NCBI GenBank assembly: GCA_963729715.1
Contig: CAVSPA010000006.1
Location: 96,001-160,000, forward strand
Direction of reading: 5' to 3'
DNA length: 64,000 nucleotides
Source of the DNA: an uncultured delta proteobacterium
Lineage (GTDB): Bacteria > Desulfobacterota > Syntrophia > Syntrophales > UBA2185
A program made the translations under genes and the position numbers. This document shows, piece by piece, positions 9,845 through 19,700 of this stretch. Within the stretch, counting starts at the first letter, position 1, and each line of letters starts with the position of its first letter. The notes below the pieces were generated by a model. That model was not told the origin of the DNA. It worked only from the letters and a program-made list of their open reading frames with translations, and did no database searches.

Positions 9845-10618
9845 TTGACGGTGCCGAGAATCTATTTCCCCGGGATTACAGGGAAGGACGAGATATCTAA
9901 TCTTGGAGGAGAGAACCTCAAATATGTCAAGTCCGTCCTCAGGATGAAGAAGGGTGACCATCTGGTTCTTTTTGACGGCGCCGGATGGGAATACGAAACC
10001 GTAATAAGGAACTTCTCCGCCGATGGCATCAAGATAGAGGTCCTGGGAAAAAACAGGATAGAGGACAAGTCTCCGAACATCATCCTTCTTCAGGCCCTGC
10101 CCAAGGCGAGCAAGATGGATTCGATAGTCCGGAAGGCAACCGAACTGGGTGCTCGCACGATCATCCCCTTCCGATCGACAAGATCCGTCCCTCAATTAAC
10201 TGCGGACAAGGCCCATGCGAGGGTGTTGCGCTGGCGAAGCATAGCCACCGAGGCGGCGAGACAGTGCGGGAGGGCCGATATACCGGAAGTCAACGACGTT
10301 CTCTCCTTTGAAGAGATGCTTGCATCTGGGGAAAGGGGGGCGCTCAAGGTTATTTTCTGGGAAGAAGAATCTGAAAGAGGTATAAAGACACTATTGCGTG
10401 ACAGTAGATACGAGGGAGCAAAAGACGTTACCGTCATGATAGGCCCCGAGGGGGGGTTCTCAAGAGACGAAGTGGAGAGCGCCGTGAGAAGAGGATTCAT
10501 ATCCGTGAGCTTGGGCAGAAATGTATTAAAGGTGGAGACGGCTACTGTCACTATTCTTTCTATAATACAATATGAATTGGGTATCTTCGGAGGAGAGCCG
10601 GAAGGAGGTAAGCTGTGA
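9845..10618 (+). CDS. rsmE: 16S rRNA m3U1498 methyltransferase
   Basis: VLRM, KATELG, EAARQCGR, IGPEGGFS, LG.NVLKVETA. Confidence 0.94.
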   Translation: MTVPRIYFPGITGKDEISNLGGENLKYVKSVLRMKKGDHLVLFDGAGWEYETVIRNFSADGIKIEVLGKNRIEDKSPNIILLQALPKASKMDSIVRKATELGARTIIPFRSTRSVPQLTADKAHARVLRWRSIATEAARQCGRADIPEVNDVLSFEEMLASGERGALKVIFWEEESERGIKTLLRDSRYEGAKDVTVMIGPEGGFSRDEVESAVRRGFISVSLGRNVLKVETATVTILSIIQYELGIFGGEPEGGKL

Positions 10619-11145
10619 TGGTGGAACATTGTTACGGCGGCTTCTGGCGAAGAGCGATGGCGTTTTCCATCGATAAGATAATCCTCTTTCTCACTTCTCT
10701 CTTCATCCTTTTTATAGGCATGCTGGCAATGAGTATCAGCTTTCTGTCCCACTACCGCGAAATGTTGCCGGAGAGATTTGAACAAATGACCATCACGTTT
10801 GTGTTTGTCTATCTCATTATGACCGTCTTTTTAAGCATGTTTTATTTTACATATTTCCACGGCGCCGTCGGACAGACGCCGGGAAAGATGATCTTCGGCC
10901 TCAAAGTGGTTCAGTCAACGGGAGAGCAAATGACCTTCGGACTCGCTTTTCTCAGATGGGTGGGATACATTATCTCGGCCATGATCTTTTACATCGGATT
11001 TGTCTGGGTCTCATTTGATGCGAAGAAACAGGGCTGGCATGACAAGATAGCGGGGACAGTTGTCGTCCGTGTCAGGAATATCATTGATGGGTCTGCATAT
11101 ACGCCCGATGAAAAAGGCCTTGACAAGGAAGGGGATTTTTTATAG
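10615..11145 (+). CDS. RDD family membrane protein
   Basis: GFWRRAMAFSID, GQTPGK, QGWHDKIAGT. Confidence 0.9.
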   Translation: MMVEHCYGGFWRRAMAFSIDKIILFLTSLFILFIGMLAMSISFLSHYREMLPERFEQMTITFVFVYLIMTVFLSMFYFTYFHGAVGQTPGKMIFGLKVVQSTGEQMTFGLAFLRWVGYIISAMIFYIGFVWVSFDAKKQGWHDKIAGTVVVRVRNIIDGSAYTPDEKGLDKEGDFL

Positions 11146-11180
11146 ACGAGACTTCCGCATAATAACATAACAAACCGGGA

Positions 11181-11256
11181 GGGTCGGTAGCTCAGTCGGT
11201 AGAGCACTGGACTGAAAATCCAGGTGTCGGCAGTTCAATTCTGCCCTGACCCACCA
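11181..11256 (+). tRNA. tRNA-Phe(GAA)
   Basis: 76 nt cloverleaf: acceptor GGGTCGG/CTGACCC, anticodon arm CTGGA-CTGAAAA-TCCAG, T-loop TTCAATT, encoded CCA. Confidence 0.97.
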
Positions 11257-11509
11257 TGAATTCAAGGGGTTATAGATCAAGAATTAGGTCTGTAACCCCT
11301 TTGGTGTCTTTATAGGTGTCTATCTGCGGTCTTAATCCAGCCTTATATCAGGGGATCCCGACACCAAAGCCTTCAGCTTTTTATCAGTGATGACTATGTA
11401 ACGTGAGTGGACTTCGTCGGCTTTTGGAATGGCATGGCCGACGGCTGCCCTGACAAGATAGGTATTTTTTTCTCAACAGATTAACGAAGTCAGGGAAACG
11501 GCACATAGG

Positions 11510-12004
11510 GTGTTGGAGAAATTTACGGGGTCTCGGGCTTACGATAATCCCAGGGCTCTGATTGATAACCTGAAAGAACATGATCATAAGGTCGCAGCTA
11601 GGATCCAGCTGGAGTCGGGCGCGCGCGTATGGGCTGTGTCCCTCATAAAAGAGAAGCAATTGCAGGGCGTAGAAAACGGCATCGGACGTGTATTCATCGA
11701 GGACAAGGGCGGTAAAGCATTGACGCTGGAGATGAGTGCCGGAACATATAATGACCTCGCAAAAATTATCGCCGAGAAAAGTGAATTTCATATCTCTCAG
11801 AGGGCGTACCGGGCAGATATGAAGGATGCCGCCGCGGCCACAGGCCAGGAGTACAACGGCAGTCACGGATTCAGATGGAATGAGGCCCAGGAATCGTATG
11901 CCGAACACATCAAGTCCGGCGAAACTCCTGATGAAGCATTACAGTCAGTTTCGGACGAATTGGGACATGGCAGGCCGGATATAACGGCGCATTATTTGAA
12001 ATGA
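11510..12004 (+). pseudogene. Tyrosine integrase catalytic fragment, N-terminus decayed
   Basis: GAR, HGFR, LGH, terminal Y; in-frame TAG at 11459 upstream. Confidence 0.75.
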
Positions 12005-12013
12005 AACTAATTT

Positions 12014-12123
12014 ATATAACAAAAAGAAGGCACCATTTTCCTGGATTGTGGTAGCTTTCATCCCGTTATGCTCAAGAGCGAACAATGAAAAACTGGAATA
12101 TGCCGGTCATTGGTTTCACCTAC
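12014..12123. repeat. Hairpin plus ~70 bp imperfect direct repeat, copy 1
   Basis: AGCTTTCATCCCGTTATGCTCAAGAGCGAACAATGAAAAA...TTCACCTAC matches 14053-14123. Confidence 0.8.
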
Positions 12124-12229
12124 TGCTCAGCGGTGGGCCGTCGTAAGAACTAAGGATTTCGATTTGAACTAATCAATAAACATCCAAGCGCAGGATCTTC
12201 GGAATGCTGTAGACGAAATGCCGGAGGGC

Positions 12230-12374
12230 ATCGCCACCTTGGTATGGGTCACGGCCGCCCCGATGAGGACCCACTCCTCCTTTGTCCCTGATCCGTGTCA
12301 AAGCATGGTCCCCGTGACATCGATGAGCCGGTCGGCGGCATGTTCCCGCTGCCGCAATTGGAGGAGCAGGTCTG
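12230..12374 (-). pseudogene. Remnant of xanthine/CO dehydrogenase-type FAD-binding subunit
   Basis: TDLLLQLRQ...LIDVTG and WVLIGAAVTHTKVA fragments with stop/frameshift. Confidence 0.5.
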
Positions 12375-12400
12375 TTGATTAAACTGGCCAGAAGGGTTGC

Positions 12401-13855
12401 TCAGATCCCCCCCATACAGAGGTACTTGATTTCAAGAAAGTCGTCGATGCCGTATCGGGAGCCCTCGCGACCGATCCCGGACTCCTTCATCCCGCCGAAC
12501 GGGGCAACTGCTGTAGAAATAAGGCCAGTGTTGATGCCGACAATCCCGTACTCAAGAGCTTCGGATACCCGCCAAACGCGACCGACGTCCCGGCTGTAGA
12601 AGTAGGCGGCAAGGCCGAATTCGGTGTCATTTGCCATCCGGATTGCCTCTTCATCGGTCTTGAAACGGAAGAGGGGCGCCACCGGTCCGAATGTCTCTTC
12701 CCGGGCGACGGCCATTTCGCAGGTGACGTCGGTAAGTATAGTGGGCTGGAAAAAGGTGCCACCAAGTGCGTGCCGCTGGCCGCCGAGGACGATCCGGGCT
12801 CCCTTTCCGACGGCATCGGCGATATGTGCTTCGACTTTCTCGACGGCGCGCATATCGATGAGGGGACCTTGCTGGGTTTCGCTTTTTAAGCCGTCCCCTA
12901 CGGTGAATGTGCCAACCCGCACCGCCAGTTTCGCTGCGAAGGCGTCGTAGATCCCCTCTTGGATGAGGAAACGGTTGGCGCAGACACAGGTCTGGCCCGT
13001 GTTGCGATACTTGGAAACGATGGCCCCCTCAACTGCGGCATCGAGATCGGCGTCGTCGAAAACTATGAATGGGGCGTTGCCGCCCAACTCCAAGGCAACC
13101 TTCTTGACGGTTCCAACGCATTGCCTCATGAGGAGCTTGCCCGTTTCGGTAGACCCCGTGAAGGTGAATTTACGGACGATCGGATTGCCGGTCATCTCGC
13201 GGCCAATGGCGTCGGAAGCGCCGGTGACAACATTGAAAACGCCGGGCGGGATCCCTGCCCTGTCGGCCAGAGCGGCAAGCGCCAGGGCCGAATAGGGAGT
13301 CTGGCTGGCCGGTTTGAGGATCATGGTGCACCCGACCGCGAGGGCAGGGGCGACTTTGCGTGTGATCATGGCGGAGGGAAAGTTCCACGGGGTAATGGCA
13401 GCGCAGACCCCGATCGGCTCTTTGATCACGATAACCCGTTTATCCTTTGCAAAGGTCGGCATGGTGTCGCCGTAGACTCGCTTCCCCTCTTCGGCGAACC
13501 ACTCAACGAAGGAAGCGGCGTAGGCTATTTCGCCGCGGGACTCGGCCAGGGGTTTCCCCTGCTCGGCGGTCATCAGAACCGCAAGGTCCTCCTGGTGCTC
13601 AAGGATAAGCTCAAACCAGCGACGCAGAAGCGCAGAACGGTCGGCGGCGGTCCTGCCACGCCAGGCAGGGTATGCGCTGTTTGCCGCTTCGATGGCAGCG
13701 CGGGTCTCTGTTGCGCCAAGCTTTGGAACCGTACCGATACTCTCACTCGTGGCGGGGTTGGTTACGGTTATCGTTCCGCCTTCGGCAGCATCTATCCACT
13801 GTCCGTTAACGTAGCACTGTTGGCGGAGAAGGCTTTTGTCTTTCAATGTAAACAT
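12401..13855 (-). CDS. gabD: NAD(P)-dependent succinate-semialdehyde dehydrogenase
   Basis: ITPWNFP, FTGSTETG, LELGGNAP, GQTCVC, EETFGP. Confidence 0.93.
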   Translation of the reverse strand: MFTLKDKSLLRQQCYVNGQWIDAAEGGTITVTNPATSESIGTVPKLGATETRAAIEAANSAYPAWRGRTAADRSALLRRWFELILEHQEDLAVLMTAEQGKPLAESRGEIAYAASFVEWFAEEGKRVYGDTMPTFAKDKRVIVIKEPIGVCAAITPWNFPSAMITRKVAPALAVGCTMILKPASQTPYSALALAALADRAGIPPGVFNVVTGASDAIGREMTGNPIVRKFTFTGSTETGKLLMRQCVGTVKKVALELGGNAPFIVFDDADLDAAVEGAIVSKYRNTGQTCVCANRFLIQEGIYDAFAAKLAVRVGTFTVGDGLKSETQQGPLIDMRAVEKVEAHIADAVGKGARIVLGGQRHALGGTFFQPTILTDVTCEMAVAREETFGPVAPLFRFKTDEEAIRMANDTEFGLAAYFYSRDVGRVWRVSEALEYGIVGINTGLISTAVAPFGGMKESGIGREGSRYGIDDFLEIKYLCMGGI

Positions 13856-13991
13856 AGGTAACCTCCAATTAAATATTGATTACAGCCGGTTCATTCCCAA
13901 GCCGGTAGCTGAAGGTAATGAAACAAAATAACTCAATTAATGATATTTTCCAGGCTTTAAATACCATAATGTGAAATTTTCCGACAAAATT

Positions 13992-14123
13992 ATCTGACCA
14001 AGAGAAGATTGTTTATTGAAAGCGAAATTTGCACTAGATGCGCTTGTGAAGCAGCTTTCAACCCGTTATGCTCAAGGGCGTGCAATGAAAAAATGAAATG
14101 CGATGGTTATTGTCTTCACCTAC
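13992..14123. repeat. Hairpin plus ~70 bp imperfect direct repeat, copy 2
   Basis: AGCTTTCAACCCGTTATGCTCAAGGGCGTGCAATGAAAAA...TTCACCTAC. Confidence 0.8.
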
Positions 14124-14203
14124 CTATACGTAACATAATCTGATTTCGCTATTGATATTAATGTGTTAAGTTGTGTTTAAGATCTCATAGTTTTGTTCTT
14201 TCG

Positions 14204-15097
14204 TCAAGGATTATCTGGGTTGCAAGCCGTTCGTTGCATGATCACCTCCATGGCTTTAAAGTAATCTCTCTGTACTTTGATGTTTGATACACGGCAGTAT
14301 CGTTGTGTCGTTCTGATTGAGTTGTGTCCCAGGAGATCCTGGATGGTGGAGAGATCAGTGTCGGCGTTCAACATCTGTGTGGCCATCGTGTGCCGTAAAT
14401 GATGACAGGATATTTTTAAACCCGTCCTGCGGGCATAATATTCCATACGCTTCTGGATACCGCGAATGGAGATGGGCTGCCCGGTGAGAGGCCCTTTCTC
14501 TACCAGAAAAACTTTTTTTACTTTATTGGCCGGTCTCACCCTTATGTATTCCAGGAGTACACGGAGGGCGTCGTTGCTGATATAGACGATCCGGTCCTTG
14601 GCGCCCTTGCCATCCTGAATGAGTAACGTTCTGCGTTTAATATCTATGCTGCCGAGAGAAAGATGGGCAACTTCTTCCACCCGTAATCCGCACCGCAGCA
14701 TGAGCATGAACATGGCGTGATCCCGGCGCCCCTTCAGGTTTTGAAAGAGAACCTCTATCTGTTCTTCCTTCAGGTGCCTGGGAAGTGAACGGGGGAGCTT
14801 CATGATATTCGGCTTTCTCACGGGATTGATAACATGGATTCCTTCCTCCTCAGATAGATAGTGGTAAAACTGGCAGACAGTGTTCAGGTAGCAGTTGATC
14901 GTCTTCGGCCTTAACCTCCTGCCGAGCAGGTAGTCAGTATACTCCCCGATTTTCCTGTAAGTGACGTCTTCTATAGGCACGTCAAGCCAGAGAACAAAGT
15001 GTCTCAGACCGTGTAAATAGCTCTTAATGGAATTAGGCGAGACGTTCCTCCTCTTCAGGAATCGTCTGTACCTGATGATCGAATCGGTAACGGTCAT
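14204..15097 (-). CDS. XerC/D-like tyrosine recombinase
   Basis: GLRVEE, GKGAKDR, HHLRH, LGH, RY. Confidence 0.93.
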   Translation of the reverse strand: MTVTDSIIRYRRFLKRRNVSPNSIKSYLHGLRHFVLWLDVPIEDVTYRKIGEYTDYLLGRRLRPKTINCYLNTVCQFYHYLSEEEGIHVINPVRKPNIMKLPRSLPRHLKEEQIEVLFQNLKGRRDHAMFMLMLRCGLRVEEVAHLSLGSIDIKRRTLLIQDGKGAKDRIVYISNDALRVLLEYIRVRPANKVKKVFLVEKGPLTGQPISIRGIQKRMEYYARRTGLKISCHHLRHTMATQMLNADTDLSTIQDLLGHNSIRTTQRYCRVSNIKVQRDYFKAMEVIMQRTACNPDNP

Positions 15098-16188
15098 CTG
15101 CCTTCCCCCCTTTCTATGATCGACATGGCCCTGAAGTATTCTTCCTCTCTTGTCTTGTCGGTGAGCCTTGCATAGCGCCGCGTCACGTCCAGGGAACTGT
15201 GTCCCATCAGCGGCTGAAGATGTTCGATACGCATGCCGGCGTTTAACAGCTCGCTGGCAAAGGTGTGACGAAGTGCATGCAGGGAATACCCCTTATGAGT
15301 GAGACCGGCTTTCGTGAGACACCGTTCAAAGATAAGGTAGGCCGTGCTGTAGGACATGCTCTTCGTGCCCGTGGCGTAAAAGAGAAACTCCTTTTGAGGG
15401 TCTCTCATTTTGAGCCATGCCTTCAAAGCGCTCAGCGCATCATCGCTTAAATACACAACCCGCCCCAGCCGGTTCTTCTCGCCTTCATAAATATCAATCT
15501 TGCGGTCCCTCAGGTGGAGATCATGTATCTTTGTATTGAGCAGTTCGCCGATCCTCATCCCCGTCCGTAAAAGAACCATAATCATGGCACGGTCTTTCGG
15601 ATTGTCGATAACGGAAAGTAGTTGCTTAACATCGTCGGGGTCCATGGCTCTCGGTAATGTCTCGGGCTTTTTCAGACGAATCCGTCTCGCCAGAACAGCC
15701 GCACCGACAACCCCGGCGTCCATCGCATAGCCCAAAAAGGCGTTGACGCAGTGCAGTCTCGTACGCACCGTCGAGATCTTCATGCCCCGGTCCTGCTCAT
15801 GTTCGATGAACGCTTCAATGTCATTCTTGCTGATCTCCTCCAAACGTGTCTTCCCCGCAGCCCTGACGCCTTTCAGAAAGTCGTGAATGGCATTAAGGGC
15901 ACTCTCATATGTCCTCGGCCGGAAGTTCCGCCGGTACATGCCCCGGATATACTCCTCAACATGCCCTTTGCCTGGCAGTTCCCAGCCTGCGAGGCGATCC
16001 AATGCCCGGCGAAGGGCTTTCGCCTCCTGCGTGTATTCAGGATAAAATACCTTCCCTGATTTTCCTCTATAGATCTCGGGTAAAATAACGGGGGGGAGAA
16101 ACCCTGCATCCAGATCGCTGCTTCCAAAATCTGCCAGGGGTTCTTTCTCTGATGTGATACTGCAATTTTCTGTGGTCATCTGGTCCAT
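15094..16188 (-). CDS. XerC/D-like tyrosine recombinase with N-terminal extension
   Basis: TGMRIGE, HALRH, MGH, RRY; ATGA overlap with partner gene. Confidence 0.93.
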   Translation of the reverse strand: MDQMTTENCSITSEKEPLADFGSSDLDAGFLPPVILPEIYRGKSGKVFYPEYTQEAKALRRALDRLAGWELPGKGHVEEYIRGMYRRNFRPRTYESALNAIHDFLKGVRAAGKTRLEEISKNDIEAFIEHEQDRGMKISTVRTRLHCVNAFLGYAMDAGVVGAAVLARRIRLKKPETLPRAMDPDDVKQLLSVIDNPKDRAMIMVLLRTGMRIGELLNTKIHDLHLRDRKIDIYEGEKNRLGRVVYLSDDALSALKAWLKMRDPQKEFLFYATGTKSMSYSTAYLIFERCLTKAGLTHKGYSLHALRHTFASELLNAGMRIEHLQPLMGHSSLDVTRRYARLTDKTREEEYFRAMSIIERGEGR

Positions 16189-16757
16189 CGCTATCTCCTT
16201 TCCTTTAATTCAATAGGAAATACAGATAGATGATGACCATCAGAACATTAACTGTCAATCATCATTTTGTTACGTATAGCACCTTCCTATCAATAGATCA
16301 CATAGCTATAAAGGACTAACGATTATAGGGAGAAATGTTTTTTCATAACGGGAAGCATTTTTATAGCGTAAATGGATTGCCTTGGTATACTCTTTTTTGG
16401 ACCGCGGACTCATGATTATCCCTCCTTTTGGAAGTCGATGTTCGGTAACATCGAATTATCAGTCAACGATCTCTTTTATTCACCTCCTTGGGTAACATTT
16501 AATGTGAGGCAATTTCGCCTGAGAGTATTTGCTTGACTATATTTAGTTATAGGTGCAAACTTATAGCACGATTTTTGTTATTGAAATTTATTCGCATCCT
16601 TCTGAGTGCTCATCCCATAGATGGGTCATTGGTGGTTAATGGGACCCTGTGTGTTAATATGAGGCAGGGTTAATTAGTTTACCGTCGGCCGTGTGCCATA
16701 CCAGCCGTGATCTGATCGCAGTATTGCTAAAATCATTAACATTAGTGGATGTGAGCC

Positions 16758-19700
16758 ATGACAACTCCCCCTGAAGACCCTCCATCTTCCACAGTTCAAG
16801 AGAGTGCTTCATCTGCCTCAAATAAGCCGCAAACTCTGAGTGCTTGGATTAGGCGGCCGCAGGCGATCGTGTTCACACTCATCGGATTATTTATTTTAAC
16901 CTGTGGAATCTACATTAGCCTCGGTTACCGGCACTTTGAAAGTACAAGGCGCAATGCGCTGCTTGCAGATAAGACTATGGCAAACCTTCTCGCGGTGGTT
17001 ATAGAGGAGCATGAAAGAGCAGTCATTGGAATCCTACAGTCCTATGCCGGTCGGCCATTATTCATTGAGATTGTAAAAAGAAAGGATCCTGTAGCTGCCC
17101 GCCGGCATCTGGCCGAGCTCAAAAAGCAGCATGAGATCGATTTTACGTTGGTGACGGACAAGAACGGAGTCTCCTGGGCGAATTATCCCGTGTTTCCGGA
17201 AGTAATAGGGAAGGACCTGTCCCATCTCGACTGGTATAAAGGGATAAGTTCCAACTGGAAGCCTTATATTTCCACTGTTCTCAAACTCGTTGTCCTGGAT
17301 AAGCCGTTGGCTATAGTGATCTGCGTTCCTGTCTTCGATGAAAAAGGTAGACCCATCGGGATACTCTCAAGCTCCCAACGACTCACTTTTCTCTCAGACA
17401 TCATCCAGCAGGTGCCTTTTAATCCGTATACGGGCGTGACCGTGATCGACCGGACAGGGCATATCCTTTACAACAACAAATATCCCCAGCAGAAAGAAAA
17501 CACTGAATATGCATCATATTCAATCATTGAGCAGGCATTGAAGGAAAGAAGACAGCAGGTTGAATTAACTGATCCGCAGAAAGGTCAGGCAAAAAGTTAT
17601 CTGGCCGTTGTTCCCATCGAAGGCATCGGATGGACGGTGATCGTTGAGAGAGGACTGAAGGATATCTTTAGGTCAGAATACAAAAATTATATCATGACCG
17701 GCGCTTTTCCACTCCTCCTGTTTCTTTTGGTCTCTTTCTTTCTGGTCTATTCAAGAAAAGTCTTCCTGTTTCGAAAAACTGAGGAACTTTTGCAGGCTGA
17801 AGTTCGTTTCCGCAGTCTGTTCGAGAGCATGAGCAGTGGTGTGACGATCTATCAGGCAACGGATGATGGAGAAGACTTCATCATTCTGGACCACAATGAG
17901 GCCGCCCAAAGGATCACTCATGTCTACAAAGATTTTATCGGTAAAAGTGTAAGTGCCCTATTTCCGGGAGTCAAAGATTTTGGTCTCCTCCAGGTTTTTC
18001 AGCAGGTATGGAGAACCGGGAAAGCAGAGTTTTTTCCATCTGCCCTGTATAAGGATGACCGTCTCACGTACTGGGCAGAAAATTATGTCTACAAGCTGCC
18101 ATCCGGTGAAATTGTTACCATATTCGATGACGTCACCGAACACAAGCAGGCGGAGGATGACCTGCAGGAAAGCGAAGAGAAGTACCGCGTATTCTTTGAG
18201 ACGTCACGAGATTGCGTCTTTATTACTTCCAAAGATGGTAGCTGGATAGATTTCAATGATGCTGCCGTGCAATTTTTTGGTTACGAAAGTAGAGACGAAT
18301 TGAAAGAAGTAAAGATACAACATTTATATCATGATGAACAAGACAGGAAAAGACATACACAGGAGATTACACAGCGAAGGTTTTCTCGGGACTATGCCGT
18401 AGATTTGCGAAAGAAGGATGGCAGTATCATCCATACGCTTATCACATCAGTTCCGAAAAAGGATAAAAGCGGGGAGATAATTGGTTATCAGGGAACAATT
18501 AAGGATGTTACGGATCAAAGGCGGGCGGAGGAAGTATTAAAGGAAGCGTTTAATTTTCTGCAACAGTTGATTGACGCCTTGCCAATGCCGCTTTTTTACA
18601 AAGATTCAAAGGGCATATATCTGGGATGCAACAAAGCCTTCGAGCAATTCTTTGGGCGGAAAAGGGGAGAGATTACCGGCAAATCGGTCTACGATATCTC
18701 TCCGAAAGAACTTGCTGGTATCTATCATGAACAGGATATGGCCCTGTTGCAGAGTCAAGGAGTACAGATTTATGAATCTTCAGTAAACGACACGGGTGGA
18801 GTTCACCATGATGTGATTTTCCATAAGGCAACATTTCCCAATGTGGATGGTTCAGTTGGCGGTTTGATTGGGGCCATTCTCGATATCACCGAACGCAAGC
18901 AGGCAGAACAAAGCCAAGCATTGGTTAACCGTATCCTGGAAATCCTGAACAACCCGGGTGAAATAATCAACCTGATCCGCAATATTCTTCTTCTATTGAA
19001 GGAACATACAGGTATTGAAGCGATCGGTGTCCGCCTGCGGGAGGCCGAAGACTTTCCTTATTACGAGACCAATGGATTCCCACCCCATTTTATTGAATCT
19101 GAAAAATACCTCTGCGCCCGCGATGACGCAGGTGAAATCATGTGTGATTCTCATGGTATTCCGTGTCTCGAATGCATATGCGGCAACGTCATATGCGGAC
19201 GAACGGATCCAGCGCTCCCCTTTTTCACGGAAGGTGGCAGCTTCTGGACAAACAGCACAACAAAATTGTTAGCTTCCGCCACGGAGGAAGACCGCAAGAC
19301 GTGGACGAGGAACCGTTGTCATAGTGAAGGATATGAGTCTGTTGCCCTCATTCCGCTGAGGTCAGGGGAGGAAATTATAGGCCTCCTGCAACTGAACGAT
19401 AAACAGCCGGATCGCTTCACGCTGGGCATGATCCAATCTCTTGAAGGAATTGGCACAAGTATCGGCATCGCCCTCCATCGTCTGCAAGCGGAGCAGGCCA
19501 TCGGGAAAAGTGAAGAAAAGTATCGTCTGGTGGTAGACAATGCGGCTGAAGCTATCATCATCACACAGGATGAAAAGCTGGTCTTTGTCAATAGTGCTAC
19601 TGAGGACATAATAGGCTATTCCGCAGCGATATTGACATCCAGATCTTTCATAGACTTTATCCATCCCGATGACCGCAATACGGTCGTCGGTTATCACATA

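Larger units (their letters stand above)
14124..16279 (-). mobile_element. Element with two tyrosine recombinases and terminal inverted repeats
   Basis: CTATACGTAACATAAT (14124-14139) and ATTTTGTTACGTATAG (16264-16279), 15/16 match, enclose only the two recombinase genes. Confidence 0.8.

Noticed and set aside
12959..13861. 300 aa plus-strand ORF
   Set aside because: Antisense to gabD
14204..16188. Recombinases as integron integrase or chromosomal xerCD
   Set aside because: No IntI-specific insertion before the HxxR box; tandem arrangement within inverted repeats in an island is unlike housekeeping Xer
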